Source: Podarcis cretensis (taxonomy: Eukaryota). From it: a DNA stretch of 64,000 nt. Each line of letters starts with the position of its first letter. The first letter of the stretch is position 1. Below, piece after piece: positions 1 to 14,497 of this stretch. The DNA is taken from NCBI GenBank assembly GCA_951804945.1, contig OX638153.1, forward strand, positions 37,758,001 through 37,822,000, written 5' to 3'. The notes beneath the pieces are model-generated. The model was not told the origin of the DNA. It did no database searches and saw only the letters and a list, made by a program, of their open reading frames with translations. The position numbers and the translations under genes were made by a program.

Positions 1-1505
1 TGACTCTGTCCACCCTGCTTTTCAAAAGGGGAGCCTGGGATGGTGTCAAGTGTTGAGACAACATCTTAGCTCACAGCTAGCCATAAACCTTGGAACTCTG
101 CTTTCAGTGCTTGTTTGCACACCGATCTATGTTTGGGCTTTGGAATAAGGCCTTTGAAAATAATCATGCCAAGAGTCCAAGTACTGTGTCTGCAAGTGGG
201 ACCCAGGACATGAATGAGGGCCCACAAGGATGCCACAATTTGACAGAAACTGGTGGCTGTCAAATGCCTTTGTGGGGAGGGCGTTCTTCTGGAGTTAGAA
301 TTCCCCTAGGACTCCCAAACAGCAGATGGCTCTTTCTGGTGACAAAAAATGTCCCTAAACCTTTTTTAAAGTAGTAGAATGAATGAATGAATGAATGAAT
401 GAATGAGCAAACAAACAAACAAACACCCAGCACCTGTAGAAGGAATTTGTTCGCAGAGCAGAATGTGACAACCGACTTTTCTTGAGTTTCAAGCTGGACC
501 TGATCCCACAAGAGTAGCTACATTTCATAGAAGAGAATGTGAGCCAACCAAAAAAACTTCACTCTAGCAAACAAAGAAGAATGTGACCTTGAATGCTAAC
601 AAGGCAACAAGGACTTGTGAAACCTCAACCTCATTCTCCCAGTTATAAAAATGATTTTATTTAATTACTAGCCGAAGGAGTTTCCTGCTGAGCAGCAATA
701 TTGTGAGTTGTTGCCTAACTGTGGTTTGATATTATTGTGCAAGAGAATTACTGATTAACTGTAAGGGAAGAAAACATTCTTATCTTCCATAGGTATGCTA
801 TGCAATTCTGATACAATGCAGATGCAATCTTCATTTATGGGTTTTCTCTTTTAAGCAAACATCATGAGCGAGCCCATGGTTTTAATTCCACCAAATACTC
901 TGAATACAGAGAAACAGCAGCTTCTACTATTCCCCCACCTTGAAATGATCCAGTACAGTAATAAAAATTTAGCAGTTTTTTTAAACACACACGCAATTAA
1001 TAAAGCTGCCAGTATGTTTAGAAAATGTAAGAGCTATTATCTTGCCTGCTGATCAAAATGGGGTTGTGGCTGGAGAAGTATAGTACTGTAGTATCCTAAC
1101 TGGAAGATTTAGTTCTCCCTGTTATCTTTCTTGGAAAATACAACATAAAACTAGTTAGACACTATGTGGCCAGATCAAAACAGGAATAACTAGAAAACAC
1201 CTATTTTAATAATAAATAATGCAAAACTACTCTCTGCCCCCTTTTAGGGTGGTGGGAGAATTACTGAAACTTAATTATAAACTCTTAAGAACTGATAGTA
1301 ATTTGTGTCACCCACCACTAATAAATTTTCAAAACCCTGGGACATAGAAACAATTTTAGGGGAGTGCCTCAAAACACACAGAGTGTATTTGTCAAGCCAT
1401 CAAGAAAATACACCCATCACCACGCAAGATTATTTCGCAAGAGTATGTGGTTTCTTAGTACCTCCGTGCTTAGAACTGAAGGACTGGCACTGTGCTACTG
1501 AACAA

Positions 1506-1521
1506 TAGTGACATCTGCTGG
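1506..1521 (-). promoter_or_regulatory. Candidate CTCF site (CCAGCAGATGTCACTA)
   Basis: Near match to the CTCF core CCASYAGRKGGCRS; motif only. Confidence 0.4.
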
Positions 1522-2117
1522 ATAAAATAAGCTATCTTTCCCTTGGCATTCATTTTCAGGTTAATAGCTCCGTTTCTCACTTCACATCACAGAATGCTGA
1601 CAATGAGCCCATAAGTTATTCTGTCCATTTTCTTTCCTCTTAAACTGAAAATATGAGATTTTCTCCAAAGCTCGTAAACATTGTTGGAAATCTTTGGCAG
1701 ATTTCCCAAGTGCTTTGGAGTTTTAAAGCACATAAACATTGGTGGAAATCTTTGGCAGATTCCTCAAGTGGTTTGAGAGTTTTAATGCCCTAGTGCTGTG
1801 CCAATAGCTCAGCAACTCCTTGTGAGACATGAAAAAGTGATGGTTACACTGGAAAGAAACAGATACGCAGGAGGAAGATTGTGTTTTTGTTGTCTTCAGC
1901 AGTTCTTCAAAAATCAAGTTCTTTTGGGCTTTCTTTTCAGGGAAGAGATGGTGGGAGTTATAGTCAAAGGAATTCCAAAGAAGAGAGATTTCCGAAATAA
2001 ATCCCTGGTTCTGTTCTTACCACAGACCACTGAAGAATAAATCTCCATGTCATTCATGTTATGAATTTTTCAGACAAGCACTTGCCAATGTCATGGACTG
2101 GCCAGATGCAGAGGAAT

Positions 2118-2118
<1 letters not shown>

Positions 2119-2150
<32 letters not shown>
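2119..2150. repeat. (GT)n microsatellite
   Basis: Direct reading. Confidence 0.95.
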
Positions 2151-2153
<3 letters not shown>

Positions 2154-4209
2154 ACCAGCACATCTTAAAACATGAAACATAACATTTCAAAATATCAGAG
2201 TAGAACATTATAGATGACAAAGACTGCAATGTTTATTTTTTTATTAAAAAAATTATAATCATCATCATTCATCAAAACAAAAGATCATGGTAGTGTATGA
2301 ATATTAGAACACTGAAATTCAAGTAAGAGAAAATACGCAATAAAACTCTGTACATGTGTTGTACGCGAGGTATCTTTACAAACAAGAATATTGGGGGTGG
2401 GGGTTAAGTATTTGGGAACTATCTCCACAGCAACAGATTTTATCCCTTTGGCAAAAATGCCATACTTTTTGGAAGCAATGGCAGGAGATGAGGTAATTTT
2501 ACCCGTTCAAGGAAATTCATAACATCATTGCTGTTCAGGAGAAAATTGATTTGATCATTTCTGTAACGATTCGAAACTATTTAAAAGTGAAGCAAGCAGG
2601 GATTTTGTATTGCCAACACCAACAAAAGCTGCTTCCTGGAGGAATCTTATGCAATGCTATGCCACTCCTGTTTCACAGTCTTAATGCACACAAAAACCCT
2701 TAAAGGCCCCAGTGAGTGGATCTATGGCTCAGTCACGTTCCCTGTTCCCAATTGCATTTAATTAGAAGCCTTCAGCTCAAGATGTGGCTGGTTGGTCCAA
2801 AATTTGTGTGTGAAATTCAGCCCACACCCATATTGTTTCTTGTTCCTCGATGCCCACCCAAAAAACAGCGACTTCAAAGTGTCTCTGGGAAAGTCAGCAG
2901 GAAACTATTTCCCCCCTCAGGGCAGGCTTTGAGAAGCCAGCTGTAGAGATTTTGTGTGTGTGTGCTGGGTCCTGTTAAGAGCCAGAAGAAGCCTGTTTGG
3001 GCTGAAACATGACATATATTTACAGAATAAGTTAAATTAAACTGAGGAACTCCTTGCCAATAGAAGTTTGATAAGCCTTTAGAACAGGTGTGGGGGAAAT
3101 TTGGTCCTCAAGGTGTGATGAACCACCACTCCCATCATCCCTGGCCATTGACCATGCTTGCTGGGGCTGATGGGAATTGTAGTTCAGCAACACTGGGAGA
3201 ACCAGCTTGATTTAGAGCATGGCATTTTGTACCAACCAGTTTTCATTGATACATTCTTGATGTTTTCACTGTTGCTAGAGTATTGTTTTTATGTTGTACA
3301 CTGCCTTATTATATAATTTATGAAAGTGCAGTTTGTAAATATTCCAATAAACAAGGTAAATTCATATATAAATCCCCATAACTAAAAAAAGAACCCGTTT
3401 AATTTAAAAACAAGAGACTTACAGTGAATTCCATGGTGCTTGCTCACTCAAAAAGGCTGGTCAGGAAAGGGAAAGCGAATAGCAAGGCTATTCAGGATGC
3501 AAATGCTCTCCTGAGGCCGGGCTGTGTTGGTATGGCTTTCAAGGAAACAGCTGTGCACACGCTCAGAACTATTGTCAGTGATTCTGATAGGCTACTTTGT
3601 GTACCACAGCTGCAGCCCTACTTATGTGGTAATGAGGCAGTATGTTAATCCCTGCATCCTGATTGGCTGGATTGCCATAATGACAAGAACGGGAGGGGAA
3701 TTTGCAAAACAGGTAAAGTTAAGGAGACAATAGTAAAATACAGTTTTTCAAATGTTTTTTCTGTCTGGAGATGGATGAATCTCCGGGCCACAGCAATATA
3801 GTTTTGGGATGGGATTTGCTGGGTGCTGCAGCAGATTGGCCAGAGACTGGAAGATACACTGAAATATCTCCAGGAATCTCTCTAAATTCAGATCAAAGGA
3901 TACAGAGTAATAAAAATAATACTTTTATTATTTATACCCCACCCATCTGGCTGGGTTTGATACCCCACCCCCAGAAAGAATAATGGGAACTGCAGTTTAA
4001 GGATGCTAGGAATTGTAGCTTTGTACAATTGTAACTAGTTTCCAGAGTACATTGGGGAAAGCCATATACTTCAAATGTATGGTGTGGATGTTATCATAGT
4101 ATCTGTTTAAGCCTCTGAACAGCCTTGTGTGGGTTCCAGTCCTTGTTGGAGGGTAGGTTTAAGGTATTTGTTGTTTTCTGTGGTTATAGATGATCTTAAT
4201 ATATGATCT

Positions 4210-4775
4210 ATGATTTTTGGGTAATGGTGGATACCTCAGTGAAAATGTCAACCCAGTGTGTGGCAGCCATTTTAAAAAAAGCAAATTCCATGTTAGGAAA
4301 AAAGATTGAACATGAAGCTGCTAATATCATAATGTTGTCATGCGGCCCTATGATGGGGCTGTATTCACAGTGCATAGTTCTGGTGGCCACATCTAAAAAA
4401 GAATATGGAAAAGGTTAAAAAAGCGGGGGCAACTAAAATGATAACAGGGCTGGACCAACTCCCCATGAGGGAAAGTTACAAAATGTAGGGCTTTTAGCTG
4501 GGGAAAAGCTGCATGGGGGACACAATATACAAATTTAATTAATTAATTAATTAATTAATTATTAATAATAGAGATGTATAGCATTTTGCATGGTGTGGGG
4601 AATGTAGATAGGGAGATGTTGTTCTTTCAGAAGAACAGAACCCAGGAATATTCAATGAAGCTGCATTTTGGAAGATTCAGGGCAGACAAAAAGAAGTGCT
4701 TCACAAGATGTGGCAATGGCCCCCAACTTGGATGACTTTAAAGGGGTTTAGAAAAATTATTGGAGGATAAGCATC
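4210..4775 (+). mobile_element. Degenerate CR1 LINE 3' fragment
   Basis: Translation MSTQCVAA..KKANSMLG and downstream decayed CR1 ORF2 C-terminal motifs. Confidence 0.7.
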
Positions 4776-5601
4776 TAGTTGTAAAATGTGAGAACTGGAT
4801 GCTGGATTTAGATACATCTTTGGATAGATTCAGGAAGGGCCTTCTCATGAAACCACAGCTTATTGTTTAATCCTTCATGTCAGCTTGAATAGCTGCGAGA
4901 CTCTTCTGATATCAATGAAACCAAGCGTGTATTTTTCATTGTATTTATTAGAATTTATGAAATCATATAAACTTATTAAAATATACTTTACATTTCAAAA
5001 TCCAGGAAATTAAAAAGTTGCCTATAAAAAAATAAGCATCTACTACAAACAGCAGCAGCTACAAAAACAGCTTAAGAAGGTGCAATAAAGTCGATGAAAG
5101 TAGTGCAAGGGCAATCCAGCTTAGCTCCCTGATATTTTGCAAAAATAGAGATCGCATATACAGTATTCAAAAGCATTTTTACACTGGTGGTTCCTTAACG
5201 TCAGAGACACTTTTTAAAGAACCAGATTCAAGAGTTGCTGCTTTATCATGACGACTGTCTACTGGCAATATAGCAACATATTGGTATTGGGTACATCAAG
5301 CAGAACCTCCAAAAGACAAAAAAGATACGCCATCTTTTCTGTGTATATTTGTATTATTAGGCCTATCTTATGTTGAACAGACCATAAACAATCTACTGTG
5401 CTGCTCATTCTGATACGTTCTCTTTGGACAAGCCACCGCAGGTCACTATACTGTGACTAACCCATAACACCTTGGTAATTGCTGAGGAAAACTGGAAGGA
5501 GACACAGGAACAGTGCAATTCAAATCTACTTTCCCCTTTGCAAAGTATAATAGGTTAAAGATAATCCATTGGCATTTGTATGCATTAATGAAAGCTACAT
5601 A

Positions 5602-5965
5602 AAAGGTAAAGGTAAAGGTAAAGGTACCCCTGCCCGTACGGGCCAGTCTTGACAGACTCTGGGGTTGTGCGCCCATCTCACTTAAGAGGCCAGGGGCCAG
5701 CGCTGTCCGGAGACACTTCCGGGTCACGTGGCCAGCATGACATCGCTGCTCTGGCGAGCCAGAGCCGCACACGGAAACGCCGTTTACCTTCCCGCTGGTA
5801 AGCGGTCCCTATTTATCTACTTGCACCCGGAGGTGCTTTCGAACTGCTAGGTTGGCAGGCGCTGGGACCGAGCAGCGGGAGCGCACCCCGCCGCAGGGAT
5901 TCGAACCACCGACCTTTCGATCGGCAAGCCCTAGGCGCTGAGGCTTTAACCCACAGCGCCACCTG
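5602..5965 (-). mobile_element. Sauria SINE
   Basis: (ACCTTT)n tail, body near-identical to the three other copies, TSD GCTACATA. Confidence 0.92.
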
Positions 5966-6211
5966 TGGCTGAAGAGACTTCTACAAGACTAGCACGGTGC
6001 TACATATGGAGTGCGCATATCAGGCAGTTGAAAGCTACCCTGAACTATTTTTTATTAAGTTTGAAGTATTTTAATGCTGCCCCTCAATTAATCCCAGGGT
6101 AGTTTGAAAAAAGAAAAGAAAAAGAAAACATAATTTGAAAAACTAATTTCTCAGGAGCTTAGCACCATCCTAAACAGATCTTTTCTAAGTAATGCCAGTT
6201 TTGGATTAGGT

Positions 6212-6347
6212 CAGGCATAGGCAACCTTCAGCCCTCCAGATGTTTTGGACTACGATTCCCATCATCCCTGACTATTGGTTCTGTTAACTAGGGATCATGG
6301 GAGTTGTAGGCCAAAACATCTGGAGGGCCGAAGGTTGCCTATGCCTG
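6212..6347. mobile_element. hAT-type MITE
   Basis: Long TIRs CAGGCATAGGCAACCTTC...; 8-bp TSD GATTAGGT. Confidence 0.88.
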
Positions 6348-7769
6348 GATTAGGTAATTGAGGATTAGCTAGATTTAATTTCCCACAACAGCACTGGGGA
6401 ACTTGTCCCCACTCACACCCCAGATGTTACTGGACTTCACCTCCCATTAGACCCAAAGAGCACAACCAATGGCCAGAAATGATGGGAGTTGCAGTCCACC
6501 AACATCTAGAGAGTCGCAGGTTCCCCACTCACCCTAGAGAAATATTGGAAACATATTTGCAATGGAATAATAACCATATGCCATTTAACCAATGGTAAGG
6601 GAGCTTTACAGCGGAATCCTATTCATTATTCCCTGGCTAGTGTGTACAATACTGCAGCCTCAACAGATCAGTTCACTAAAGAAATGCACACCTCCGTGGG
6701 ACAAACGCATTCTGACAATTTAACTGAGAACTGGTATCCATTCATAGCTTTGTGCAAGGGGGTCACCAACCTCTGGGGGCCAGTGGACACCTTTGGAATT
6801 TAGAGCAAGTACTATGGGGGCACCAGCCACAAAATGGCTGCCATGGGGATCTGACGTAACACAAAATGCCTTCCACACCAAAAAGGGAAGGAAATGAGAC
6901 AAGACCACAGAATGGTGTGGTCATGCCCATTGATGGAAAGGAAGCACCCAGCTAGTGTGGCATTCACTGAGAGAGCTCTTTGCACCTCTCCTCTGTTCAG
7001 AACAGAAAGGAATGTGAATCCCCAAAGATGGCATCCAGTGAATACGGACCTGTTTGTAAGAGGACATGTTCAATGTGAGAGAGGCCAAGGCAGTATAAAT
7101 AGGAACAACAAACAGTTTCTTATGCACTGTAGATTTTTGAAGGACCTGCTGTAGGTGCCATAGGAGGTAGTTGGGCACACTGGTGCCAGCCCAAGGCAGC
7201 GCATTGGTGACCCCAGGCTTATGCCACGAAACAGTCAACTTATTAGCATGATACTAAACCTCATGAGTTGTTCTGGGTAGTTATTTTATCCTTTTAGAAT
7301 TTCACAATTACTCCAATATAATCCTATTCTTCTACTTCTGCGACTTTTCTTACTTCTATTGCTGTCCTTGTGTCCTTGTTGCTTTGCTATAGTACAGTAA
7401 GCCCGCAACTTACGTGCACATTTTGCTTTATGCGCTTTGCAATCAATATTTTTTAAGGGGGGTGAAAATGGAGTGATGTCCGGGAAAATGACTAGCAATC
7501 CCACCTGCCATTGAACCCAATGTGTTTTGACTATACACTATTTTGGCTTTGGGCGCAATTGTGAAATGTAATTCCTGTGTATGCTGAAGTCTCACTGTAC
7601 TATTCTTCCTGTGGGTTATTTGGTTCCCTTTTATGACTGTTACTTTTATGAGAATCATGAAAATGTAATTAAAAGCCAAAGGGTATCTAATAATGCAGTA
7701 CCAGAGATAAATCTGCATTACAGTAGCACCCTGATTCTAAATGGCTTAAAAGTGCCATTTGTCTAAATA

Positions 7770-7991
7770 CAGTCAAACCTCGGTTGTTGAACGTAATCTG
7801 TTCCAGAAGCCCGTACGGCTTCCAAAACTTTCGACAACCGAATCGTGGCTTCCAATTGGTCATAAGAGCTTCTTGCACTCAGCGGAAGCTGCGTCAGACG
7901 TTCGGCTTCCCAAAAACATTCGAAAACTGGAACATTTTGGTGTTCGGAAGCTGAATCGTTCAAAAACGGAGCTGTTCGGGAACTGAGGTAC
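7770..7991. mobile_element. Tc1/mariner (pogo/Tigger-like) MITE, one end truncated
   Basis: TA|CAGT terminus; body similar to 10957-11206. Confidence 0.7.
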
Positions 7992-9853
7992 TTATTTTCA
8001 AGTAAAAGTGCCTATGTGCACTTAGTTGGCAATTAAGTCCCACTAAATATAGTGGGTCTTGCTTCTAAATAAGCATGCATATAACTGGGTCATTCAATTA
8101 GCAAGGACACTTTCAACTCACATAAATGGGATGAAATGCTGGGTTCATGAAATCAAAACAAATATGAACCAAAAATCAGACCAACCCTTTGAAAGAGAAC
8201 AGAACCCAAACCTTACCTGAAGGGATCTGTTAAACCTGAACAGGACTCTAAATTAAGCATAGAGGTTCAAGATAAGGGATCCATCCATTCATTTTTAGTG
8301 TGATAACACTCACAGGTCAACACTATCAGGCCAAAAGGAATCATGAGCATGTGAAATCTGTATTGGGAAGATTTTTACACATCTCGGGCTTGTCCTGAGA
8401 TTTGTCCTCTTAAAAGATTAGGCTGTTCAATAGTATAAAAAAGTCTAGTACTCTAAGCGTGCAAATTAAACATTACACTCTTGTATCAAGTGTTCTAGTT
8501 CTACTGTAGGCATACTTTAGGGAAGTGCCACTTCATAATACTTACAGACAATGGCTGATACTTAAGGTACAATAAACGAATTTTCTGTATATCCCATGAA
8601 CTGAAACAATTCCAGAGGTGTGCTGAACTGGGATTAAACAAAAACAGTGAGATGGATTCAAGTTACCCGTATTGCTTAAAGAGGACAACATGGACATTTT
8701 CTTTTCTTTTTTACATGAAAATAAATCATGTCTATCCTGTCCAATGGATTTCCTGATCACCTGGAACAGGAATAGCATATTCATGCTATGAGGAGTATGA
8801 GGCTGCCATGTGCCCATGTCTCTTCCCTCCATCTCCAAGTAATATTAAGGCTGCAATCCTATGCACACTTACTTGGAAGTAAGCCCAGTAAGGCTTGTTT
8901 CCATGTGGACATGTATAGGCACACACAGTTAACCAAGATAGAAAACAGCATTGGTAACTAGATGGATAACATGTCTGAACTGATGATGTCAAGGCAGTTT
9001 CCTGGCTCCCTATGCCTCAAGGACCCCAATCCTCAAGAAGATCAGCTGCAGCAAAAAATAAATAAAAAATGGGGTGGTTGAGTTGGTGGGTAAAATACCC
9101 TTGACCTTCAGCCCTGGCTGGATTGAGAAGCAGGTATTCAGATATGGCAGTGAACTTGCTCCTTCCTGGCCCCATTTTGGCTTGCTCTGATAGATGTAGC
9201 ACTTTGTTTACCAGAGTAAGCCTCCTTGAACTCTGTGGGACTTCCATCTGCAATACTAGCCCTATACTTCTTCCTGTTCAGAGAACTGGGAAGCATTTAA
9301 CAGTACTTAGGAGGTCATGGCTCAAAAAGGCAGTTGGGATGGGGGGGAAAGAGATTTGAGAACTTGATTAGATTCATGCGAGTATTTTTCTAAGCACATG
9401 CCTTTTCCATGCTCTGAGCACAGCCCACCACACTGCATCAAAGGAGACACCTGAGTTTTTGGAGCAACTTGTTTTAGAAGTCTGGCTACATAGGACAGCT
9501 GCTCATGGGAGAAGCTGAGTATTTATTTAGCATTCCAAAGTATCCTTCACCCACAACAGGCAATGAAGGCTGGAGAGACCTTTCCCTTCTCTTTTTCTAC
9601 CCTCTCAAGGAGAAAGAGCTCTAGGAAAATAAACAAGAACAGCTCGTCAGAGGAAAGAAGTCATATCATTTTAAAACCTAGCTAGGCTCACAGTGACTGT
9701 GTCTTTGGAAAGAAGCGGTTTCTCGTATTGGAAATATTTCCAGGCTCATCGGTCAGACTTCCCCACAGTTGCAAGTGAGGAAGCTGTGCAGTGCAAGTGA
9801 CTAAGCTGTTTTTTTATAGACTAACAACTTCTTTGTGCAATATTCTTACTGTA

Positions 9854-10094
9854 CAGTCGTACCTTGGAAGTAGAACGGAATCCATTTCGGAAGTCTGTTC
9901 AACTACCAAAACATTCGGAAACCAAAGCACGGCTTCTGATTGGCTGCAAGAAACTCCAGCAGCCATTCGGAAGCCCCGTCGGATGTTTGGCTTCCAAAAA
10001 TAGTTAGCAAACTGGAACAGTCACTGCTGGGTTTGCAGTGTTTGGGAGCCAAAACGTTCGGGAACTAAGCTGTTCCAAAACCAAGGTACAACTG
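9854..10094. mobile_element. Tc1/mariner-type MITE
   Basis: TA TSD; TIR CAGTCGTACCTTGG / CCAAGGTACAACTG. Confidence 0.85.
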
Positions 10095-10956
10095 TATATT
10101 CAGAGAGTACTGACATGTATAACATGTTTTTATTCTGAATACTGAATATGCATTAGGAATTTTATTTATCACAATTATGTGCGCAATCAAAGTGACGTCT
10201 GGTGCTCTTACTAAAATACAATCCACATACTAAAGTACATTGACACTAGGAAGTTCTGGGGTGACTGGATTTGTGTTTCAATGAATGCTTCATGATATGC
10301 TTTTCACATTAGCTAGCTGAAAATAAGGTGCATACAGGGAAATGCTAGCCTAATCTGTTGCATATTGTACTTGGTTTTACTGATGTTTCCATCTTGACTT
10401 TTCAATAACAGAATTCTAAATGAAAATAGAAATGGGGTAGCATCCAGGTTTAAGGGTAAACTACATGAAAACAACACCATTTGTGTTTTAAAGAAAAACC
10501 GGCTCTGAGGGATGAAATTTGGAATCTCCTGAACATTGTTCTATTTTTATATCTGGTGATGAAGACACCAATGTAACTATGCATGGGAACTTGGCTTGGG
10601 TTACACCAAACAGGAAATGTTAGCAATGAACAAGCAGTGAGGAGAAAGAAAGATACAAAATGCTGATCACACTGATACCATCTCTGTGGTTTAGCTGACC
10701 ATATTACACACAGACATGCTGCTCTCAAAAATGCAACTCTAACACAGTCAAATGTGAGTGCGGGCAACACCTGCAGAACAAGTCTTGTTGGTTGTAAAAC
10801 CCTGATTCATCCAGATTCTAGTTCATGTGAACATTTTATGATTATACATACATTTCAGACATTTTCATGTTATGTTGTACACATCCATCGCAACTACTGC
10901 AATACAATGTCATTTCATGTCTGAGCAAGGCTTGGCTTTCTGTTTTTGCACCAATA

Positions 10957-11206
10957 CAGTGGTACCTCGGAAGTCGAACGGAATCCGTTCTGGAAGTCCA
11001 TTCGACTTCCAAAACGTTCGGAAACCAAGGTGCAGCTTCCAACTGGCTGCAGGAAGCTCCTGCAGCCAATTGGAAGCGGCGGAAGCCACATCGGATGTTT
11101 GGGTTCCAAAGGACGTTCACAAACCAGAACACTCACTTCCGGGTTTGTGGTGTTTGGGAGCCAAAACGTTCAAGTCGCGAGGCATTCGTCCACCAAGGTA
11201 TGACTG
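10957..11206. mobile_element. Tc1/mariner-type MITE
   Basis: TA TSD; TIR CAGTGGTACCT / AGGTATGACTG. Confidence 0.85.
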
Positions 11207-12095
11207 TACCAAGAAAGATCTCTATGCAAAGACCTGCTGCACCTGACTTCTCCACTATAGTGAATGGGATGTCTATGACAAGCCCACAAATCCAGGGCAA
11301 TAGATCAGGCTGCTTGTTGTTTTGTGTTGCTACAGTATATGTAAACACTGTTCCAGAATTATTATGATAGGCAAAAACCACTTATGCCAAAATGCTTGGA
11401 TTTAAGTTGATAGACACATCAATCCTGAGAATGTATACTAACATAATTTGCAATGGCATGGGGCAGTGTTGATGCATCATCAGCGTACCAGCTTATTGTG
11501 GGTCTCTGGAATGCAGTAGCTTCTGGTGCATCCCACTCTTAGTATATAGGGGCTTAAACTGTCCACCATCCTTAAACCCAAAATTCTGGCAAAACTGACA
11601 AGTAGGTGCTACTTTAATTGCATAGTTAAACAGACAGACATTCAAAACATTTTGCATAGTACTGAGCATGGGTGCCATTGCCTTGGCCATTGTCTTTTCT
11701 TTTCTTTGAATCGTAGCAGCTGAATAGGAGCAGCCAATATGGCCTTTGCTCTGTCTACTCAGGCACAATGTAATAATATAAAAGATATATATTGCTATAA
11801 ATACATTTTAAGATCTGCTTCACCAAAATATAGAAAAATAACTATGCCAAAGCAACAACTAGTAGAAATAACAAAACAAAACGGGAACATTACCAGATTG
11901 AAACATGAACTGGGCACACACTTCAGCCCTACCTGTGCAGGCGCAAGTCTCCGTCTTTGCTAGAGAGAAGTGCCTGGTGCCAGAGTTGGCACATGGGAGC
12001 ACCATCTCCACGAAAAGGAAAGGTGGCGGCGAATTATTTAAAATAAATACTCAAGTGCTTTGCTCTCTTTCAGCAGTGAAATAACACCCCACCTG

Positions 12096-12855
12096 TCAAA
12101 TTTCATTTCCTGTACTTTTTTTCGAGTTTTGATGCCACTTCCGAATGACCGTTCCGGAACTGCTAGCTACTACACAAAGGGCACCTCCGACTGTCCACCA
12201 CGTAGGCAAATGATTGAGGAAAAGAATTTGGAAGATAAAAGCAAACACCACGTCCATTGTTTTCATTATAGCAACAGGACCAGCTTTCTCTATCTGTAGT
12301 GCTTTTGTAAGGAATATTTGGCCACCTAGACCCAACACTCCAATTAATACCAAGAGAAATCTATCTATGCCACAGTTGGGTAAACTCCACTCACCCATTA
12401 CGAAAAGTGCTATTAGGCAAACTATTAACCCAATTACTGCATAATACCAAATGGACAAAAAATAATGCACTGATTTCCCCACCTTCCTTAGTATAACAAA
12501 AGTTGACGCAGCAGCTACGGCACTTGAAACAGCTGCTATTGTTCCTTTCAGGCGATCTCTGTACTCTTCTTCTATTCCAGCAACTCTGGATCCAAATAAA
12601 AAAGGTGGTCTTGCAATAAGCACCACTCCGGTGATTGTAAACAGAGTGAAAAGAATATCCCAAGGACTATACTTCTCCTTGAGAAATATCCAGGCCAGTA
12701 GTGACGTAAAAACTGGGCTGCTGAAAGTAATGACTGTAGCGTCAGCAAGAGGCATCACTTGGAAAGCATAATAGAGAAGAATCATTGCACCAGAGCCAAG
12801 CAATCCTCGAAAGAAAAGAACGAGTCGTTTGCCTTCTGGTCCCAGAAATCCTGTT
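12096..12855 (-). CDS. SLC35G1: SLC35G1 coding exon 3 (last), EamA/DMT transporter body
   Basis: Acceptor ttttag at 12856-12857, phase 2 (AG+A=Arg). Sequence TGFLGPEGKRLVLFFRG...LADATVITFSSPVFTS...ALQIEKAGPVAIMKTMDVVFAFIFQ closely matches vertebrate SLC35G1 (POST/TMEM20). Stop TGA at 12096-12098. Confidence 0.97.
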
Positions 12856-14497
12856 CTAAAATGAAAGAAAGAGAGATGTGTATAATTTAACTCATGGCTT
12901 AAGGTTTCCATATTCATGCATCAATAGGACTTGCAGTGCATTTCAGATCACAGAATGTTAAATAACACTATGATTTTTCCAATGCTGACACTACTAGGAC
13001 ACTTTCACGTTCCAATAGTGTCCCCAACTTTGATGCATTTTGATCAAATGGTTATAAAGACTCTTTGGCATTCCGCTCTTAGTTTGTAGCTAGAAGCCTG
13101 AGATGCAGCAGCTGGGTGACTTGAGGAACAACTTGTTATTTCCAGGACACATGGAGACCAGCCAGCCAGCATGTGAAAGGGCACCAGCAGACATCAGGGA
13201 AGGTTGTTATCAAAGGCTCCTTTGGGTCATTTTATTGGGTGGCAGGAAGACTATGAATTTTAAGCTTGTAGTTGCATGGGGCAGCTTGTTGGGCTTTTCA
13301 TTTTTGGAGCAACTATCAGTATTCTAAGTATTCCTGTTTTTATTATACTTTTTAGAATGTTTTTGGCAGTTTCCATGGTCTTCAACTAGTCCAGACGCAA
13401 GACTCACCTCTGACTTCTAACCTGTACCATGGGACCCACTTTCACATACAGTATTCACTTTTGACTTATACTAACAGTGCTAAAAAGGTACATTATTAAT
13501 CCTAAAAATGGCAATTCATTACCTTAGCATTAGAACTATATGAAAACCAGTGATTTTTACACTTGTTCTGAGCCAAAAGGCTGAGAAGCTATTGAAAACC
13601 AGTGGGTTCTTTTTTTAAAAGACTCTCAATTTCAGTGAAGCATCTGGGCATGTTTGTTTTTTCAGATATAATGATAACAGGTATTCCAGTGACTCTACAG
13701 TGGATGACGACTGTATTCACTGTACACCCTCATACCCTTAAAATCTGCTTATTAGCTTGTTTTCTGGTGAACTATAAAAGCAAAGACTGCTGTGCTGAGC
13801 TCTATGTTTGTGTGTTGTAGGCTAGATTTTAGGGTATTTGAGGGAATCACTGCGGCTTCTGTTCTGGAGAACTGAAGACACTTCTGCATTCTAATCACTG
13901 CAACAGACACTTCTGCATTCTGGTCCCCAGCAAACATCGATTATGCAAGAAGTCTAGAAAGCCACAGGAATAGATCGGAACATGGATGGAGCCCCCATTC
14001 CAGAGAGTTCCCTTACTATGGGCATAGCTACAGGAAGGCGGGGCATACATTTGGCTAGAAATATCTTCCTCTTGCCTTTCTCCTGCCACTTTGCAGCACT
14101 CATTGAAATTGATAAAATGAGTGCCCCATCATAATGATGTGTTCTAGCCCAAACACTGCATGCAGTGCTCTTTTGGTTTGGTCAGCTGTAGCTGGAGTCC
14201 AAAATGGCAGAAGCAGCATTGCGACCCACAGATTGAAGACCTACATGTTTGCCTTGAATCCCTGAATAATTAGAATGGGGGGTGGTGAGAGCAACCTTAG
14301 TTATTTTTGTTCACATAAGCATTTCTCATAATCTCTTCAGGCCTCTAGCCTCACTGAGTGTGGGAGGCAAGGTTGGTGAGCTCATTAGTCTTCTGCCCAG
14401 GGAAGGCTTTTCTCTGCCCCTGCTTATATTGTTTCCCTTGCTGATTTATGGCATTTTGTTGAATCCTTACTGAATACTTGGTCCAAAAAGCGGTATA

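Noticed and set aside
1674-1786. Two imperfect direct repeats about 57 bp apart
   Set aside because: A local tandem duplication with only two units and no spacers; not CRISPR-like, and the DNA is eukaryotic.
1-4200. Possible PLCE1 upstream exons, expected from synteny beyond SLC35G1
   Set aside because: No recognisable PLCE1 coding sequence or CpG island in this part of the window.
10842-11381. Cluster of overlapping ORFs up to 166 aa
   Set aside because: They overlap a non-coding MITE, and similar peptides recur at other MITE copies.
12856-12917. MNMETLSHELNYTHLSFFHF start of the 273-aa ORF
   Set aside because: Intronic read-through of the polypyrimidine tract; the exon starts at the acceptor at 12855.
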